From: an uncultured Rhodothermales bacterium
GTDB taxonomy: Bacteria > Bacteroidota > Rhodothermia > Rhodothermales > VXPQ01
Assembly: GCA_964608315.1 (NCBI GenBank)
Contig: CAZSNF010000006.1
Coordinates: forward strand, 71,670-135,669
DNA length: 64,000 nucleotides
Direction: 5' to 3'
The notes beneath the pieces were generated by a model. The model worked only from the letters and a program-made list of their open reading frames with translations. It had not been told where the DNA came from and did no database searches. The position numbers and the translations under genes were made by a program. Numbering within the stretch: the first letter of the stretch is position 1; the number at the start of each line of letters is the position of its first letter. This document shows, piece after piece, positions 40,521 through 50,922 of the stretch.

Positions 40521-41070
40521 TATGGGGTGATTTTATGCGTCTGGCGCCCAAAATCTGCTTTTTCGGAATAAGTAAGCCTGTAAAATACGCGAAAACCGGG
40601 ACAAAGTGCCGCCGCGTCGGCGGGATCATTTCGGTTCGAGCGGCATGTAATGTAACGGAAAATGTGAATTTTCTTTAGGATACCCGGTTGGGTCGCCGAT
40701 CTTCACACACGAAATTTTTACAAGTTTTCAAGGAGCGTAGCACGTTGTCCTTGAGTCGGTTTTGCGATACCGTTTTTCGTAAGCGACGCATTTTGCGCGT
40801 TGCGCATGCGCGGGGCGGAGCCCCCATTCCGAATAGTCCGTTTGCGCGGTCTGTTCCTGTGGTTTGGCGGCGCTTCGAGTTCGACGGCGCACTTTCTGAA
40901 CGGCGTTCCCCGGGAGGTTTTGCGCCTGCCGTACGGAATGCTTGCTTGCATCCAGTCGAAAATGCCGTTGGGGCTTTGTGGATGCATCGTTCAGGCGCAA
41001 CGCCCGGTCCGATGGGGCCGAGTGCGCGGCGCATCGACCGACTCGCCGAAAGCGTGCGCTCACGTTTTAT

Positions 41071-42951
41071 ATGGGTAAGGAAATTGTCATCAATGCAGAA
41101 AAGGCGCAAACGCGGATAGCCATCCTGGAAAATGGAAAGCTCGCAGAACTCTACATAGAGAATCCCGATAATTCGCGAACGATCGGCGATATTTATCTGG
41201 GCAGGGTATGCAAGGTCATGCCCAGCATCCAGGCCGCGTTCGTGGATATTGGGCGCAAACAGGACGCCTTTCTTCATTTTTCCGATTTGTCGGACGACCT
41301 CGGGCAGTTGCTCGAATTCGTTTCGTCGAAGCGCCCCGATGTGTCGCGCACGGTTAATCGAAACCGCAAGCCGCCGAGAAAACGGGGGCCGCGCCGCAAA
41401 CCGCACCGCAATCGCGGCGCGTCCAGGCGCGGAGACGAAAAGGCTTCCTTTGAGCGGGCCGTGAAAATTCGCGTCCGGCGCCGCATTGCGCAACGCTTGT
41501 CCAGAAAAACGGATAAGGTTCGCCGCTCTGCCGCTCCGCCTGAAAAGTACCTGAAAGCCAATCAGCGGATTCTGGTCAAGGTTGTCAAGGAGCCGATTTC
41601 GACCAAGGGCAGCCGCGTTTCCACGGATATATCGATGGCCGGGCGTTTTCTGGTCCTGGTTCCGTTCGGAAACTATGTAGCGGTGTCGAAGCAAATTCAT
41701 TCCTACAAGGAGCGTCGTCGCCTCAAGACGCTGGCCAAAAGTCTGGTTCCCCCGGGCATAGGCCTGATCGTGCGCACCGTGGCCCAGGGGAAAGACGCAA
41801 AAACGCTCGATACGGATTTAAGGCTGTTGCTCGACAAATGGCGCAAGATGGAAGAGAAACTTGCGGGCCGTCCCAGACCGCCCATGCTGGCGCACCGCGA
41901 CGTGAACATGCTTTCGTCGGTTATACGCGACCGGGTCTCCGAGGATTACGACCGGGTGCTGATCGATAACGAGCGGCTCTATCGCAACGTCAGGAATTAT
42001 ATTCAGGCGGTTGCGCCGCAAATGGCCGACGCCGTTCAGCATCACAGCGGGAACAAGCATGTGTTCGAGGCGGCGGGCGTCCAGAACGAAATACAGGAGG
42101 CGTTTTCGGAGCGCGTTAATTTGCCCGGCGGCGGATATCTTTTCATCGAGCATACGGAGGCCATGCACGTGGTGGACGTGAACTCCGGCAGGGCGGGTCG
42201 CGGGCTATCGCAGGAAGAAAGTTCGGTGAAGGTGAATCTGGAAGCTGCGCGGGCTATCGCAAGGCAAGTTCGTCTGCGGGATCTTGGCGGCATCATTGTG
42301 GTGGATTTCATCGATCTCCGGGACGAAAGGAACCGCAGGAAAATTTTCGACGAGATCAGGAAGGAATTCAGAAAGGACCGCGCCGTGACGAAGGTGCTGC
42401 CCATGAGCGATTTCGGGCTTATTCAGATTACCCGACAGCGTTTGCGCCCAAGCGTTACGGTGGACGCCAATTCCCCGGAGTTTCCGGCGCAGAACGGTTC
42501 TTCCTCGAATCCGAATACGCAGGCTCCTGAGCCGCGCGAAACGTCCCCTCCGGAAAACAAGCCTGCGAAGACAAAATCTCCGGCCCCGAAACCGTCCGGG
42601 AGCACGGAGAAAAAAGAATCGAAACGGTCTCCCGGAAGGGGACGCGGGATCGCCCGGGGAAGGCGTCCGGATCCAGTCGTCGTGCTGCAGGAAATCGAGC
42701 AGTGGATGGCGGCGTACAGAGCAACAGACGGCCCGCGGAACCTGACGTTATGGACGCATCCGTTTACGGCGGCTTGGCTCAAGGGCAAAATCGCCGGCAT
42801 TCGCGTAGGTTTTTTTCTGAAACATTCCTTGCGCATGCGTCTCAAAACAGACGGAAGGATGTCGCCGTACGCATTCCGCATTACCGATACCCGGTCCGGG
42901 GAGGACCTCACCCGGCATGTTGCGTTGCCGAAAAGGGGACAGTCCGGTTAG
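41071..42951 (+). CDS. rng: RNase E/G family ribonuclease
   Basis: S1 domain GDIYLGRVCKVMPSIQAAFVDIG, catalytic HVVDVNSG, IVVDFIDL. Confidence 0.9.
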   Translation: MGKEIVINAEKAQTRIAILENGKLAELYIENPDNSRTIGDIYLGRVCKVMPSIQAAFVDIGRKQDAFLHFSDLSDDLGQLLEFVSSKRPDVSRTVNRNRKPPRKRGPRRKPHRNRGASRRGDEKASFERAVKIRVRRRIAQRLSRKTDKVRRSAAPPEKYLKANQRILVKVVKEPISTKGSRVSTDISMAGRFLVLVPFGNYVAVSKQIHSYKERRRLKTLAKSLVPPGIGLIVRTVAQGKDAKTLDTDLRLLLDKWRKMEEKLAGRPRPPMLAHRDVNMLSSVIRDRVSEDYDRVLIDNERLYRNVRNYIQAVAPQMADAVQHHSGNKHVFEAAGVQNEIQEAFSERVNLPGGGYLFIEHTEAMHVVDVNSGRAGRGLSQEESSVKVNLEAARAIARQVRLRDLGGIIVVDFIDLRDERNRRKIFDEIRKEFRKDRAVTKVLPMSDFGLIQITRQRLRPSVTVDANSPEFPAQNGSSSNPNTQAPEPRETSPPENKPAKTKSPAPKPSGSTEKKESKRSPGRGRGIARGRRPDPVVVLQEIEQWMAAYRATDGPRNLTLWTHPFTAAWLKGKIAGIRVGFFLKHSLRMRLKTDGRMSPYAFRITDTRSGEDLTRHVALPKRGQSG

Positions 42952-43141
42952 GGCCTGTTAACACTATGCAGCGGCGCTTGGCATGGCAGGAAAACAGGCC
43001 CCGCCCTTCGGGTTCCGCCGGTCACGGCGTTACTCTTCGTTGCTCGTCGCTCATTTGGAACCACCAAACTTCACTCCTCGCGCCTTGAATGACGCCGTGC
43101 CTGACGGAACAGAGCATTGCTGCATAGTGTTGACAGGCCCT
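42950..43141. repeat. Family-2 MITE-like repeat (192 bp) with 23-nt terminal inverted repeats
   Basis: AGGGCCTGTTAACACTATGCAGC ... GCTGCATAGTGTTGACAGGCCCT (22/23 complementary). It starts on the rng stop codon. Confidence 0.8.
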
Positions 43142-43191
43142 GGATCGGGTCGGACGGTCACGCCGCCGCTTTCGCTACTTTTGGCCAGATT

Positions 43192-43974
43192 ATGCCTCAT
43201 CGCGGAACTTCGTTAGCCCCGGTTGCGGGCGTTGCGGCCATGGCGTTGCTCGTTTTTGCTTCGATTGCGGCGGTTTCGGATGCCCGGGCGCAGCTTTTTT
43301 CTTACGGAAGGGTCGCGCAACAACGCACGACCACGGTTGCGCTTGCATGGCAGGCCGTCGATTTCCAGCCGCAAGGGGGGAAGCCGGGCGAAGAGGCTCC
43401 GGCCTTCACGGGTCCGGCGTATGGCTTATTGTACCTGCGGGGCAATCTTTCTGCATCCATCGCATACGGCCCGGAAAATACTGCCGAGGGACCCGACACG
43501 CGGTTACTCGACTTTTCTATAGAAACCTGGAACCGTCTTTTTGCGATCGGGAAGTCGGAGGCCGTCCGATTATACATTCCCCTGACGCTTCAATCCAACT
43601 ATCGCCGCGTGAATCTGGCGGGACAGGCGGACGCTCCGTTTTCGTCGTTTCAGGTAACGGCGCTCGGTTTGGGCGCGGGCCTTGGCGGCAGTGCGGAACG
43701 CGGCAAGAAAGTTCTATTCGAGGCGCGGGCGGCTCCGGTTCTGGGCGTTGCGCTGCGGTCCTTCGGAGGCAGCGCGGGCCTGTCCTGGCTGGTGGATGCG
43801 AGCGCGCGCCTGCATGTTCGCGAGGCGTTCGGGCGCCTGGGCATATCGGCGGGGTACGGATTCCGCGTACAAGCCTGGCGGGCGGGCGATGCGGACTTGT
43901 TGCTGGATCCCGACCAGACCAGAGTGGATCACCGCGGCTCGCGGCATATGGTCGCCCTGGGCCTGAGTTGGTGA
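43192..43974 (+). CDS. Hypothetical secreted protein, probable outer-membrane beta-barrel
   Basis: Signal peptide ..AAVSDARAQ, alternating beta pattern, C-terminal ..VALGLSW. Confidence 0.55.
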   Translation: MPHRGTSLAPVAGVAAMALLVFASIAAVSDARAQLFSYGRVAQQRTTTVALAWQAVDFQPQGGKPGEEAPAFTGPAYGLLYLRGNLSASIAYGPENTAEGPDTRLLDFSIETWNRLFAIGKSEAVRLYIPLTLQSNYRRVNLAGQADAPFSSFQVTALGLGAGLGGSAERGKKVLFEARAAPVLGVALRSFGGSAGLSWLVDASARLHVREAFGRLGISAGYGFRVQAWRAGDADLLLDPDQTRVDHRGSRHMVALGLSW

Positions 43975-44024
43975 CCGCGCACTCCGAACATCCCGATATT
44001 TTTTGTCCCTGAACCTGGTGTCCC

Positions 44025-44318
44025 ATGACGACCAAACATATCCTTGAAGAACTCAAGGAAGCGGCTGCCGGGTTCGGCCTGGAGGTGCGCATGGAAAAAG
44101 GGCATTTTCGAGGCGGACGGTGCAAGGTTGGCGACGAACACATGATTGTGCTGAACAAGCAGCATCTTCCCGAAATGCAATTGATTGTGTTGGCCAGCAG
44201 CTTGCGGGACTTGCCTGTCGACGATATTTTTTTGAAACCTGCCGTGCGCGCCGCCGTCGAGGAAGTGTGGCGGCGACACGAGCCGGAGGCGATATACGAA
44301 GCGGATGATACGGAGTGA
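44025..44318 (+). CDS. Hypothetical small protein (97 aa)
   Basis: Protein-like composition; overlaps the next gene by 14 nt. Confidence 0.55.
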   Translation: MTTKHILEELKEAAAGFGLEVRMEKGHFRGGRCKVGDEHMIVLNKQHLPEMQLIVLASSLRDLPVDDIFLKPAVRAAVEEVWRRHEPEAIYEADDTE

Positions 44319-45108
44319 GGATCGCATTCGAGTAACCCTTCTCGGTACGGGCACCTCCACCGGCGTACCCGTTATCGGGTGCGCGTGCCCGGTATGCGCA
44401 TCGGCGGACCCGCGCGACAAGCGCACCCGCAGCGCATGCGCTCTGGAGACGCAGGGGCTGCGTATTCTTATCGACATCGGACCGGATTTTCGCGAGCAGG
44501 CGCTTCGCGAAGGGATCCGGCATATCGACGCCGTGCTGTTCACGCATCACCATTTCGACCATGTGGGCGGCATGGACGACCTGCGTCCGTTCCTGTTTGA
44601 AAATCGGCGGCCCATTACGTGCTACGCCCGCTGCAATACGGTGCAGGTTTTGCGAAAGATGTTCACCTATATTTTCGAAGATCGTTCGTATCCCGGCGTT
44701 CCCGATCTGAAGTTGCAAATTGTCGAGGGGCCTTTTACCGTAACCGGACGCCGCGATGCGGCGCAGTCCATATCCGTGACGCCTATCGATGCGTATCACG
44801 GGGACCTGCCCCTGTTCGGGTACCGGATAGGGAAGTTCGCCTACCTGACGGACACCAACCGGATTCCGGAAAAAAGCTTCGACTTGCTGCATGACCTGGA
44901 TGTGCTGGTGCTCGACGCCTTGCGCGAGGACGGGCACCCGACGCATTTTTCCTTTCGGGAGGCGATTCGGGCCGCGCAGCGCATCGGCGCGCGGCAGACT
45001 TATTTCACCCATATGACGCATAGCACGTTACACGCCGACGCCGAGGCCCGCTTGCCGGAAGGCATCCGGCTCGGTTACGACGGGCTGGTTTTCGAAACAG
45101 GGGCGTGA
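44305..45108 (+). CDS. MBL-fold metallo-hydrolase (PhnP-like, COG1235)
   Basis: LGTGTSTGVP, CxCxxC, THHHFDH. Confidence 0.85.
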   Translation: MIRSEDRIRVTLLGTGTSTGVPVIGCACPVCASADPRDKRTRSACALETQGLRILIDIGPDFREQALREGIRHIDAVLFTHHHFDHVGGMDDLRPFLFENRRPITCYARCNTVQVLRKMFTYIFEDRSYPGVPDLKLQIVEGPFTVTGRRDAAQSISVTPIDAYHGDLPLFGYRIGKFAYLTDTNRIPEKSFDLLHDLDVLVLDALREDGHPTHFSFREAIRAAQRIGARQTYFTHMTHSTLHADAEARLPEGIRLGYDGLVFETGA

Positions 45109-45128
45109 GGGCGCGGTTCGTTCTTGCC

Positions 45129-45268
45129 GCCTCCCGAAGAGCGCTTCACGCCTGCGACGCCCCGAAACCGCAGCGTTTTGCGCTGATTTCAAGGATGGAA
45201 TCATGACGGCCTGTACTTGCGTAAGCGAAGCGCTGATCGAAGTGGACTTGACAAGAGAGCATCCTTTA
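45129..45268. repeat. Family-1 repeat, diverged right half
   Basis: cctcccgaagagcgcttcacgcc...gcgaagcgctgatcgaagtggactt...gagcatcct. Confidence 0.6.
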
Positions 45269-45295
45269 CTTGCATGATCGCTCCGGAGGATACCT

Positions 45296-45727
45296 GTGAA
45301 ACTGTTCGTACTCAATGGCCCCAACCTGAACCTGCTCGGTACGCGCGAACCGGAAACCTACGGGACGACCACGCTGGCCGACATGCAGGACGCTCTGTGC
45401 GCCTTGTTTCCCGAGGTGGATTTCCGGTTTGTCCAGAGCAATCACGAGGGGCGCCTGATTGATGCGTTGCATGAGGCGGCCCGGGAGGGCGCGGCGGGCG
45501 TGGCGTTTAATCCCGGCGCCTTTACGCATACGTCCGTCGCGCTGCGGGACGCCGTGGCGGCGATAGACGTACCCGTTATCGAGGTGCATTTGTCGAATGT
45601 GCACGCCCGCGAGTCTTTTCGGCGTCGGTCCATGATCGCCGCCGTATCGGCCGGGCAGATCGTGGGTCTGGGCGCGAAAGGCTACGAACTGGCCGTACGC
45701 TACTTTCTGGACAGCGCCGGGGCGTAA
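45296..45727 (+). CDS. aroQ: Type II 3-dehydroquinate dehydratase (GTG start, GGAGGA upstream)
   Basis: KLFVLNGPNLNLLGTREPETYG ... IEVHLSNVHARE. Confidence 0.95.
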   Translation: MKLFVLNGPNLNLLGTREPETYGTTTLADMQDALCALFPEVDFRFVQSNHEGRLIDALHEAAREGAAGVAFNPGAFTHTSVALRDAVAAIDVPVIEVHLSNVHARESFRRRSMIAAVSAGQIVGLGAKGYELAVRYFLDSAGA

Positions 45728-47463
45728 TGCGCATGAGCGACGTTTCTCGCGAACCCGCACCCCCCCCCGATTCGGAAGATCGGAAAGGTTCTGTCGGGCA
45801 AGACGATGCGGCGGGATCGCCGCGCAGGAATGCGGCCGGCGTGGTGGCGGGCGGCATTCTTGCAAGTCGCCTCGCGGGATTCGTGCGGGAGCGGGTGGTT
45901 GCCCATTTTTTTGGACTGGGCGCGTACGCGGATGTTTTTCAGGTAGCGTTCCGGGGGCCGAACCTGTTGCAGAACCTGCTGGGCGAGGGCACGATTTCGG
46001 CGGCGTTCATTCCCATCTATTCGAAAATGATCGCGCAGGGGCGCGAACGGGAAGCCGGGCGGTTCGCCGGGGCGATTTTCGGGTTGTTGCTGGCGCTTAC
46101 TGCGCTACTGAGTCTGGCGGGCATACTGCTGGCGGAACCTGTCGTAACAGTTTTTGCGGCAGGCTTCCGGGCCGACGCCGCCGCCGTGGCCGCGGGGGAA
46201 CTGTCGGTCAACCGATTCGAACTAGCCGTGCGGGCCGTGCGCATCATCTTTCCCATGACCGGCTTGCTGGTGCTGGCGGCGTGGTGTCTGGGCGTACTGA
46301 ATAGTCACCGGCGGTTTTTTCTGCCGTACTTTGCCCCGGCGCTATGGAATGCAGCAATCATCGGCGCGCTGATTGTCGGGGCGAGGATGACGCTGGGTTC
46401 GGCGGAAGGCGTTCGGACCGATCTGCTGTTCGCTGCTTTCTACGGGGCTTTTCTGGGCGGTTTCCTGCAATTCGCAGTGCAGGCTCCTCTGGTGTTTCGG
46501 CTGCTTCGCGGCTTCCGTCTTTCCTTGTCTGCGAAGGTGGCGGGGGTTCGGGAAGCCCTGCGCGCCTTCGGACCGGCTGTCGCCGGGCGCGGCGTCTACC
46601 AGGTATCGTCCTATCTTGACCTTTTGCTGGCTTCCTGCCTTGCGGCCGGCGCCGTGTCAGCGTTGCGGCCGGCGCAGATGTTGTACGTCCTGCCGATAAG
46701 TCTTTTCGGGATGTCTGTGGCGGCGTCGGAATTGCCCGAGCTTTCGCGTTTCGGAAAGGGGAAATCCGAAGCCTTCGCGCAGCGCCTGGTTCGGTCTCTT
46801 CGCCAGATGCTCTTTCTGACGATTCCCACGTGTATCGGGTACCTTGCGTTCGGCCTGCTTATCGTGGGGGCGCTTTTTCGCACCGGGGAGTTTGGTTCCG
46901 AGGACGCCTGGCTGGTTTATCTGGTGCTGGCCGGGTATTCGCTGGGACTGCTGGCCACGGCCATGTCTCGCCTGCTGCAAAATGCGTTCTATGCGCGCAA
47001 GAATACGCGCACCCCGGCTCGCATCGCTGTCTTGCGCGTGGTCGTGTCTACGATTGCGGCTGTTCCCGCCATGCTTCTGCTGGACGGCGTCGCCGTGGGC
47101 GCGGTTGCGGGTGCGTCGCTGGAAACGCGTACGTTGTATCTGGGCAGTCTGGGGCTGGCCGCGGGCGCGACCGTCGGAGCATGGGTTGAATTATGGCGTC
47201 TCCAACGGTCGCTCGGCGTCTTGCTCCCCGCTTTTCGTTTGCCCTGGACGGGCGTACGCCGCATGACGGCGACGGCCCTGATTGCGGCGGCGCCGGCCGG
47301 GGCCGTATGGTTTTTGTTGCCTCGCCTGCCTGTTGCGATCGAAGCGTTGATCGTGGTATCGATATATGCGGCAGGGTATCTGGCTATCGCCTATGCGCAG
47401 CGCGTCCCCGAAATGGATCGTCTGTCCAGGCGGTTCGTTCGCCGCGGCAAGCGGGACGGGTAA
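45727..47463 (+). CDS. murJ: Lipid II flippase MurJ
   Basis: SRLAGFVRERVVAHFFG...FRGPNLLQNLLGEGTISAAFIP, multi-TM. Confidence 0.9.
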   Translation: MRMSDVSREPAPPPDSEDRKGSVGQDDAAGSPRRNAAGVVAGGILASRLAGFVRERVVAHFFGLGAYADVFQVAFRGPNLLQNLLGEGTISAAFIPIYSKMIAQGREREAGRFAGAIFGLLLALTALLSLAGILLAEPVVTVFAAGFRADAAAVAAGELSVNRFELAVRAVRIIFPMTGLLVLAAWCLGVLNSHRRFFLPYFAPALWNAAIIGALIVGARMTLGSAEGVRTDLLFAAFYGAFLGGFLQFAVQAPLVFRLLRGFRLSLSAKVAGVREALRAFGPAVAGRGVYQVSSYLDLLLASCLAAGAVSALRPAQMLYVLPISLFGMSVAASELPELSRFGKGKSEAFAQRLVRSLRQMLFLTIPTCIGYLAFGLLIVGALFRTGEFGSEDAWLVYLVLAGYSLGLLATAMSRLLQNAFYARKNTRTPARIAVLRVVVSTIAAVPAMLLLDGVAVGAVAGASLETRTLYLGSLGLAAGATVGAWVELWRLQRSLGVLLPAFRLPWTGVRRMTATALIAAAPAGAVWFLLPRLPVAIEALIVVSIYAAGYLAIAYAQRVPEMDRLSRRFVRRGKRDG

Positions 47464-47466
47464 TGG

Positions 47467-47534
47467 GGCCTGCCATGCTGCTTCGTCATTTCTTGCCAGC
47501 ACGCCTCTCGCAGGCCCTAATCAGAGTATCCTGA
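47467..47534. repeat. Family-1 repeat fragment (left arm, inverted)
   Basis: gcttcgtcatttcttgccagcacgcctctcgcaggccctaatcagagtatcct. Confidence 0.6.
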
Positions 47535-47635
47535 AATGGCCCGCCGGGCGCGTACGATTCCGGCATCTTTTTTGTTACATATTCTGATGGTAATTGCGTT
47601 CGGCCCTGCGTTTTGCAGCCTTAACCAGCGTATCC

Positions 47636-47986
47636 TCAGTCGGACAGTTCCTCATACGCATGGACTTCGATATGCGCATGCGATCGGCCCATCCATTCCC
47701 CAGGATACAGACGGCCCGTTACGCGGAGGCGGGCCGGGGTTTCCACAGCTTCCGGGAATACGAGGAGGTACGCATTGCCGTCCGATGTTTCCAGTATGTA
47801 CTCGGCAAAAGGCTCGTTGCCCCGCACGGCGACCACCCCTTCTACCGTGATTATGTCGGCAGCGGGTTCGCGATTCGCGGCGCAGGAAGCAAGGCCCATA
47901 AACAACAGGCAGGCCATGTACGCTCCAGACGCATGGTATCGAGGCGAGCGGACGCGGGACGGTTTCGCGCGTTGGATTCGTTTCAT
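47636..47986 (-). CDS. Hypothetical small lipoprotein (start uncertain)
   Basis: Lipobox LASC in ..MACLLFMGLASCAAN. Confidence 0.55.
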   Translation of the reverse strand: MKRIQRAKPSRVRSPRYHASGAYMACLLFMGLASCAANREPAADIITVEGVVAVRGNEPFAEYILETSDGNAYLLVFPEAVETPARLRVTGRLYPGEWMGRSHAHIEVHAYEELSD

Positions 47987-48184
47987 TCTCGGCGGGCTTT
48001 TTTACCGGGGGCTGGCTGTTGTTTCGTAACGCAAACCACAGGGCGCGGTTTACGGGCCGTTTGCCTGTTTGGGTACAAGGTACGTATTTTCGTCGTTGTA
48101 AAACCTTTTGGCATATTCCGTCGCAATTTCGTAATATGAATTATCCCTTGTCGCGCTCGCCAAAAACGTTTTCTCATTCTCCCC

Positions 48185-50872
48185 ATGGCCAGACGTTCCG
48201 TTTCTTGTCTTTCGTCCGTTTTCTGTCTCGCCTTGTTGCTCGCTGTCTCGCCAGCGTTCGGACAATCCCTGGGCGCGCTTGAAACCATGCAGCCGCCGCT
48301 CGCCGGGGATGGTCCTGCCTTGTCGGCAGACGACGAGAGGCGCATCATTCATGTAACGGATCGGCTGGCCCGCATGCCGGAGTCCATCGCGGCCTTGCGG
48401 GCGTACCATGAAGCCAGAGCGCTGGGTTTGTTGCCCGTCGCCAAGGCTGCGGTGCCGTACGATATCGGCGACGAGAAAGAGTTCAATGTGCTGAAGAATC
48501 TTCTATCAGACAATGCACGCTGGGAAACGCGCGCGTTCACGCTGGCGGCTGAAAGCGATATCGCCAATATCTGGGTTGCGAACGATCAGCAGGGCGTCGC
48601 TACGGACGAGCAACTTGCGGAGATCAATACTTATGTGCTTTCCGAAACTCCCGAAGGTTCCTGGCGGCCGGAGCGGGGCATCATAGCGAACAGCCACGAG
48701 GTATTCGGCGATCCGCCGAATGCTCCCGATGCGGACGGCAAGGTCGACATACTGTTTTTCGATATCGAGGAGGGCGACGACGACTGCTGCATACTCGGCT
48801 TCGTTACGGCGTTAGACCTCGACCCCAATCCTGATTCCGGCGAGGGGAATGCGGCCAATATTGTTTACATGGATCTGCCCGACGGCATACAATTACAAGG
48901 GGGGGGCGCCCTTAGGCTGTCAGGCACCCTGGCGCACGAGTACCAGCACCTCATTCATTATGCTTATCAGGATGTTAACTTCAACGGTCCCTGCTCCACC
49001 TGCGAACTTACCTTCGTCAACGAAGGCTTGTCGGAGTGGTCTGAATTGCTGCACGGATTTCCCCTCCGGAACATTCGGTATCTGAGCGATCCGAACGCAT
49101 ATGGCGTTCGGTTGTTTACCTGGCGTCACGACGGAACGATTCGACAAGTTGAAAACGATTACGAGCGATCCGGGCTTTTTACTACCTACATTGCGGATCG
49201 CATCGGTCGGGAATCTACCGGATCCATCGTACGCGCAAAATGCCCCGTGGGCGCCACTTTTTGCCCGATAGGTTCGTGGCTTAAAGGCGCAGCAGGGTAC
49301 GAATTTGTGTTGGGCGAGCATAATCTTTCGCTCGCGGGTATCGTAGCGGATTTTCACGCCGCAAATTTTATCAACGACGCCAGCGTAGGCGCGAAATATG
49401 CTTACCAGGCTCCCGCCAGGCAAGACATAAAAGCGGTTTCTACCGTGAGCGTGGACGCCACAACGGATATTTCTCCTTTCGAGAGGACGGTGAATGTGTC
49501 GAGCGGCGCGGTAGAGTATTTGACTTGGAAGGACGTGACGAATCTTTCGCTGAAAATCCGGGATTTTGGAAGTACAGATGGCGGCGGGCCAGACGAGGGC
49601 GGGTCGGAGAGCACCCGGATCGGAATGGTCGAAGGCGCAAGCAGTCGTCGGGACAATTTGTCGTTGCGGTTGTTCGCCAAAACGAAAACGGGGGCGAAGC
49701 AGGTCATAGACCTGGACTCCGCTACGCAAGATCATGTCGTGAACGGAGAATATGAGCAAGTTACCCTGATCGTCGTGAACGCGCAGGTGGTGGAGAGTTT
49801 CGATGCTCCGTCCATCAAACTGCATATTACCGGCAGATGGGGGAATAGCCCTGAGTTCGATGTGACCACCGTGTCGTACGAAAGGGGCCAGAACGAGGAC
49901 CATATATACCTTGACGGGGACGAAGAGGATGTATTGGCTCAGATTTTTCCGGTGCCCGCCGGAGCGCGTCTGTCAAATGTCTTTGTAGCGCCGGTGTATG
50001 ATAACCAGTTTCGCAATGGAATGGCGCCCGCCGGAGCGCCTCGGGATTTTACCCTGAAGGTGTGGGACGTGCAATACAGACAAGTGGTATATGAAGAAGA
50101 CGATACAACGGATCCGCCCACGCCTCTTCGCAGTTGGCGGGTTCCGTTTCCCGGCCGCGAACTTTATAGCCAGGACATGGACGAATCTGCAGGCGCGTCG
50201 CATATAAACTTTCAGGGTGCTGGCGAGCCCAGCGCGTATTCGTTCCTGAGGGTCAATCTTCCGTTGGACGAACAGGCGCTTTCTGCGCTTCCGGATTCTA
50301 TTTTCATTGGCTTGGCCAACAAGGGGGTTGATAATAATTACCTTGTCTCCACGACGGCCCGAAGCGTTCCGGGCCATGCGCAGGATACGCTGGCCTACTG
50401 GTATGGAACCATCGAAAACGAAGATGGCGACGAGGTTACGGGCTGGCGTCCCATGGCGAGTCTTCGGCTATGCCGCAAGGAGGACCGCAACTGCGATACG
50501 AACGACGACGAAGACGGGTGGTTTTCACTGGCGGGCCAGGTGTTTCCCATGCGCGCCCGGTTTCGTACCCCCCTGGTTACGTCCGCGGAAGATCCTCTGG
50601 AACTTCCCTCTGGCGTGACGCTGGCGCAGAACTATCCGAATCCGTTCAATCCAGCCACCTCGATTACCTGGACGCAACCGGCTTCCGCTCCGGTTCGGCT
50701 ATCCGTGTACAATCTGCTGGGACAGAAGGTGGCCATGCCGGTGGATGGCCTGCGCCCGGCGGGCAAACATGAAGTGCGCCTGGACGGTTCCGGGTGGGCC
50801 AGCGGCGTGTACGTCTATGTGCTCGAAACAGGGGTGCATATAGCTACCCGGCGCATGGTGCTGCTGAAATAA
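48185..50872 (+). CDS. Secreted HExxH metalloprotease-like protein with a T9SS C-terminal sorting domain
   Basis: Signal peptide; TLAHEYQHLIHY; C-terminal LAQNYPNPFNPATSITW...SGVYVYVLETG...MVLLK. Confidence 0.8.
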   Translation: MARRSVSCLSSVFCLALLLAVSPAFGQSLGALETMQPPLAGDGPALSADDERRIIHVTDRLARMPESIAALRAYHEARALGLLPVAKAAVPYDIGDEKEFNVLKNLLSDNARWETRAFTLAAESDIANIWVANDQQGVATDEQLAEINTYVLSETPEGSWRPERGIIANSHEVFGDPPNAPDADGKVDILFFDIEEGDDDCCILGFVTALDLDPNPDSGEGNAANIVYMDLPDGIQLQGGGALRLSGTLAHEYQHLIHYAYQDVNFNGPCSTCELTFVNEGLSEWSELLHGFPLRNIRYLSDPNAYGVRLFTWRHDGTIRQVENDYERSGLFTTYIADRIGRESTGSIVRAKCPVGATFCPIGSWLKGAAGYEFVLGEHNLSLAGIVADFHAANFINDASVGAKYAYQAPARQDIKAVSTVSVDATTDISPFERTVNVSSGAVEYLTWKDVTNLSLKIRDFGSTDGGGPDEGGSESTRIGMVEGASSRRDNLSLRLFAKTKTGAKQVIDLDSATQDHVVNGEYEQVTLIVVNAQVVESFDAPSIKLHITGRWGNSPEFDVTTVSYERGQNEDHIYLDGDEEDVLAQIFPVPAGARLSNVFVAPVYDNQFRNGMAPAGAPRDFTLKVWDVQYRQVVYEEDDTTDPPTPLRSWRVPFPGRELYSQDMDESAGASHINFQGAGEPSAYSFLRVNLPLDEQALSALPDSIFIGLANKGVDNNYLVSTTARSVPGHAQDTLAYWYGTIENEDGDEVTGWRPMASLRLCRKEDRNCDTNDDEDGWFSLAGQVFPMRARFRTPLVTSAEDPLELPSGVTLAQNYPNPFNPATSITWTQPASAPVRLSVYNLLGQKVAMPVDGLRPAGKHEVRLDGSGWASGVYVYVLETGVHIATRRMVLLK

Positions 50873-50876
50873 AGCA

Positions 50877-50922
50877 CACTTAATCAGAGCATCCTTAACA
50901 GGCCCTGATCAGCGTATCCTTT
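50877..50922. repeat. Composite of repeat termini only
   Basis: acttaatcagagcatcct|taacaggccc|tgatcagcgtatcct. Confidence 0.6.

Noticed and set aside
40675-41700. 341-aa minus-strand ORF
   Set aside because: It covers the gltA-rng spacer and is antisense to the well-conserved S1 domain of RNase E/G.
48108-48137. TTGGCA-18 nt-TAATAT promoter-like pair upstream of the T9SS protease gene
   Set aside because: It is only a moderate match, and promoter consensus in this phylum is uncertain, so it is not reported as a feature.
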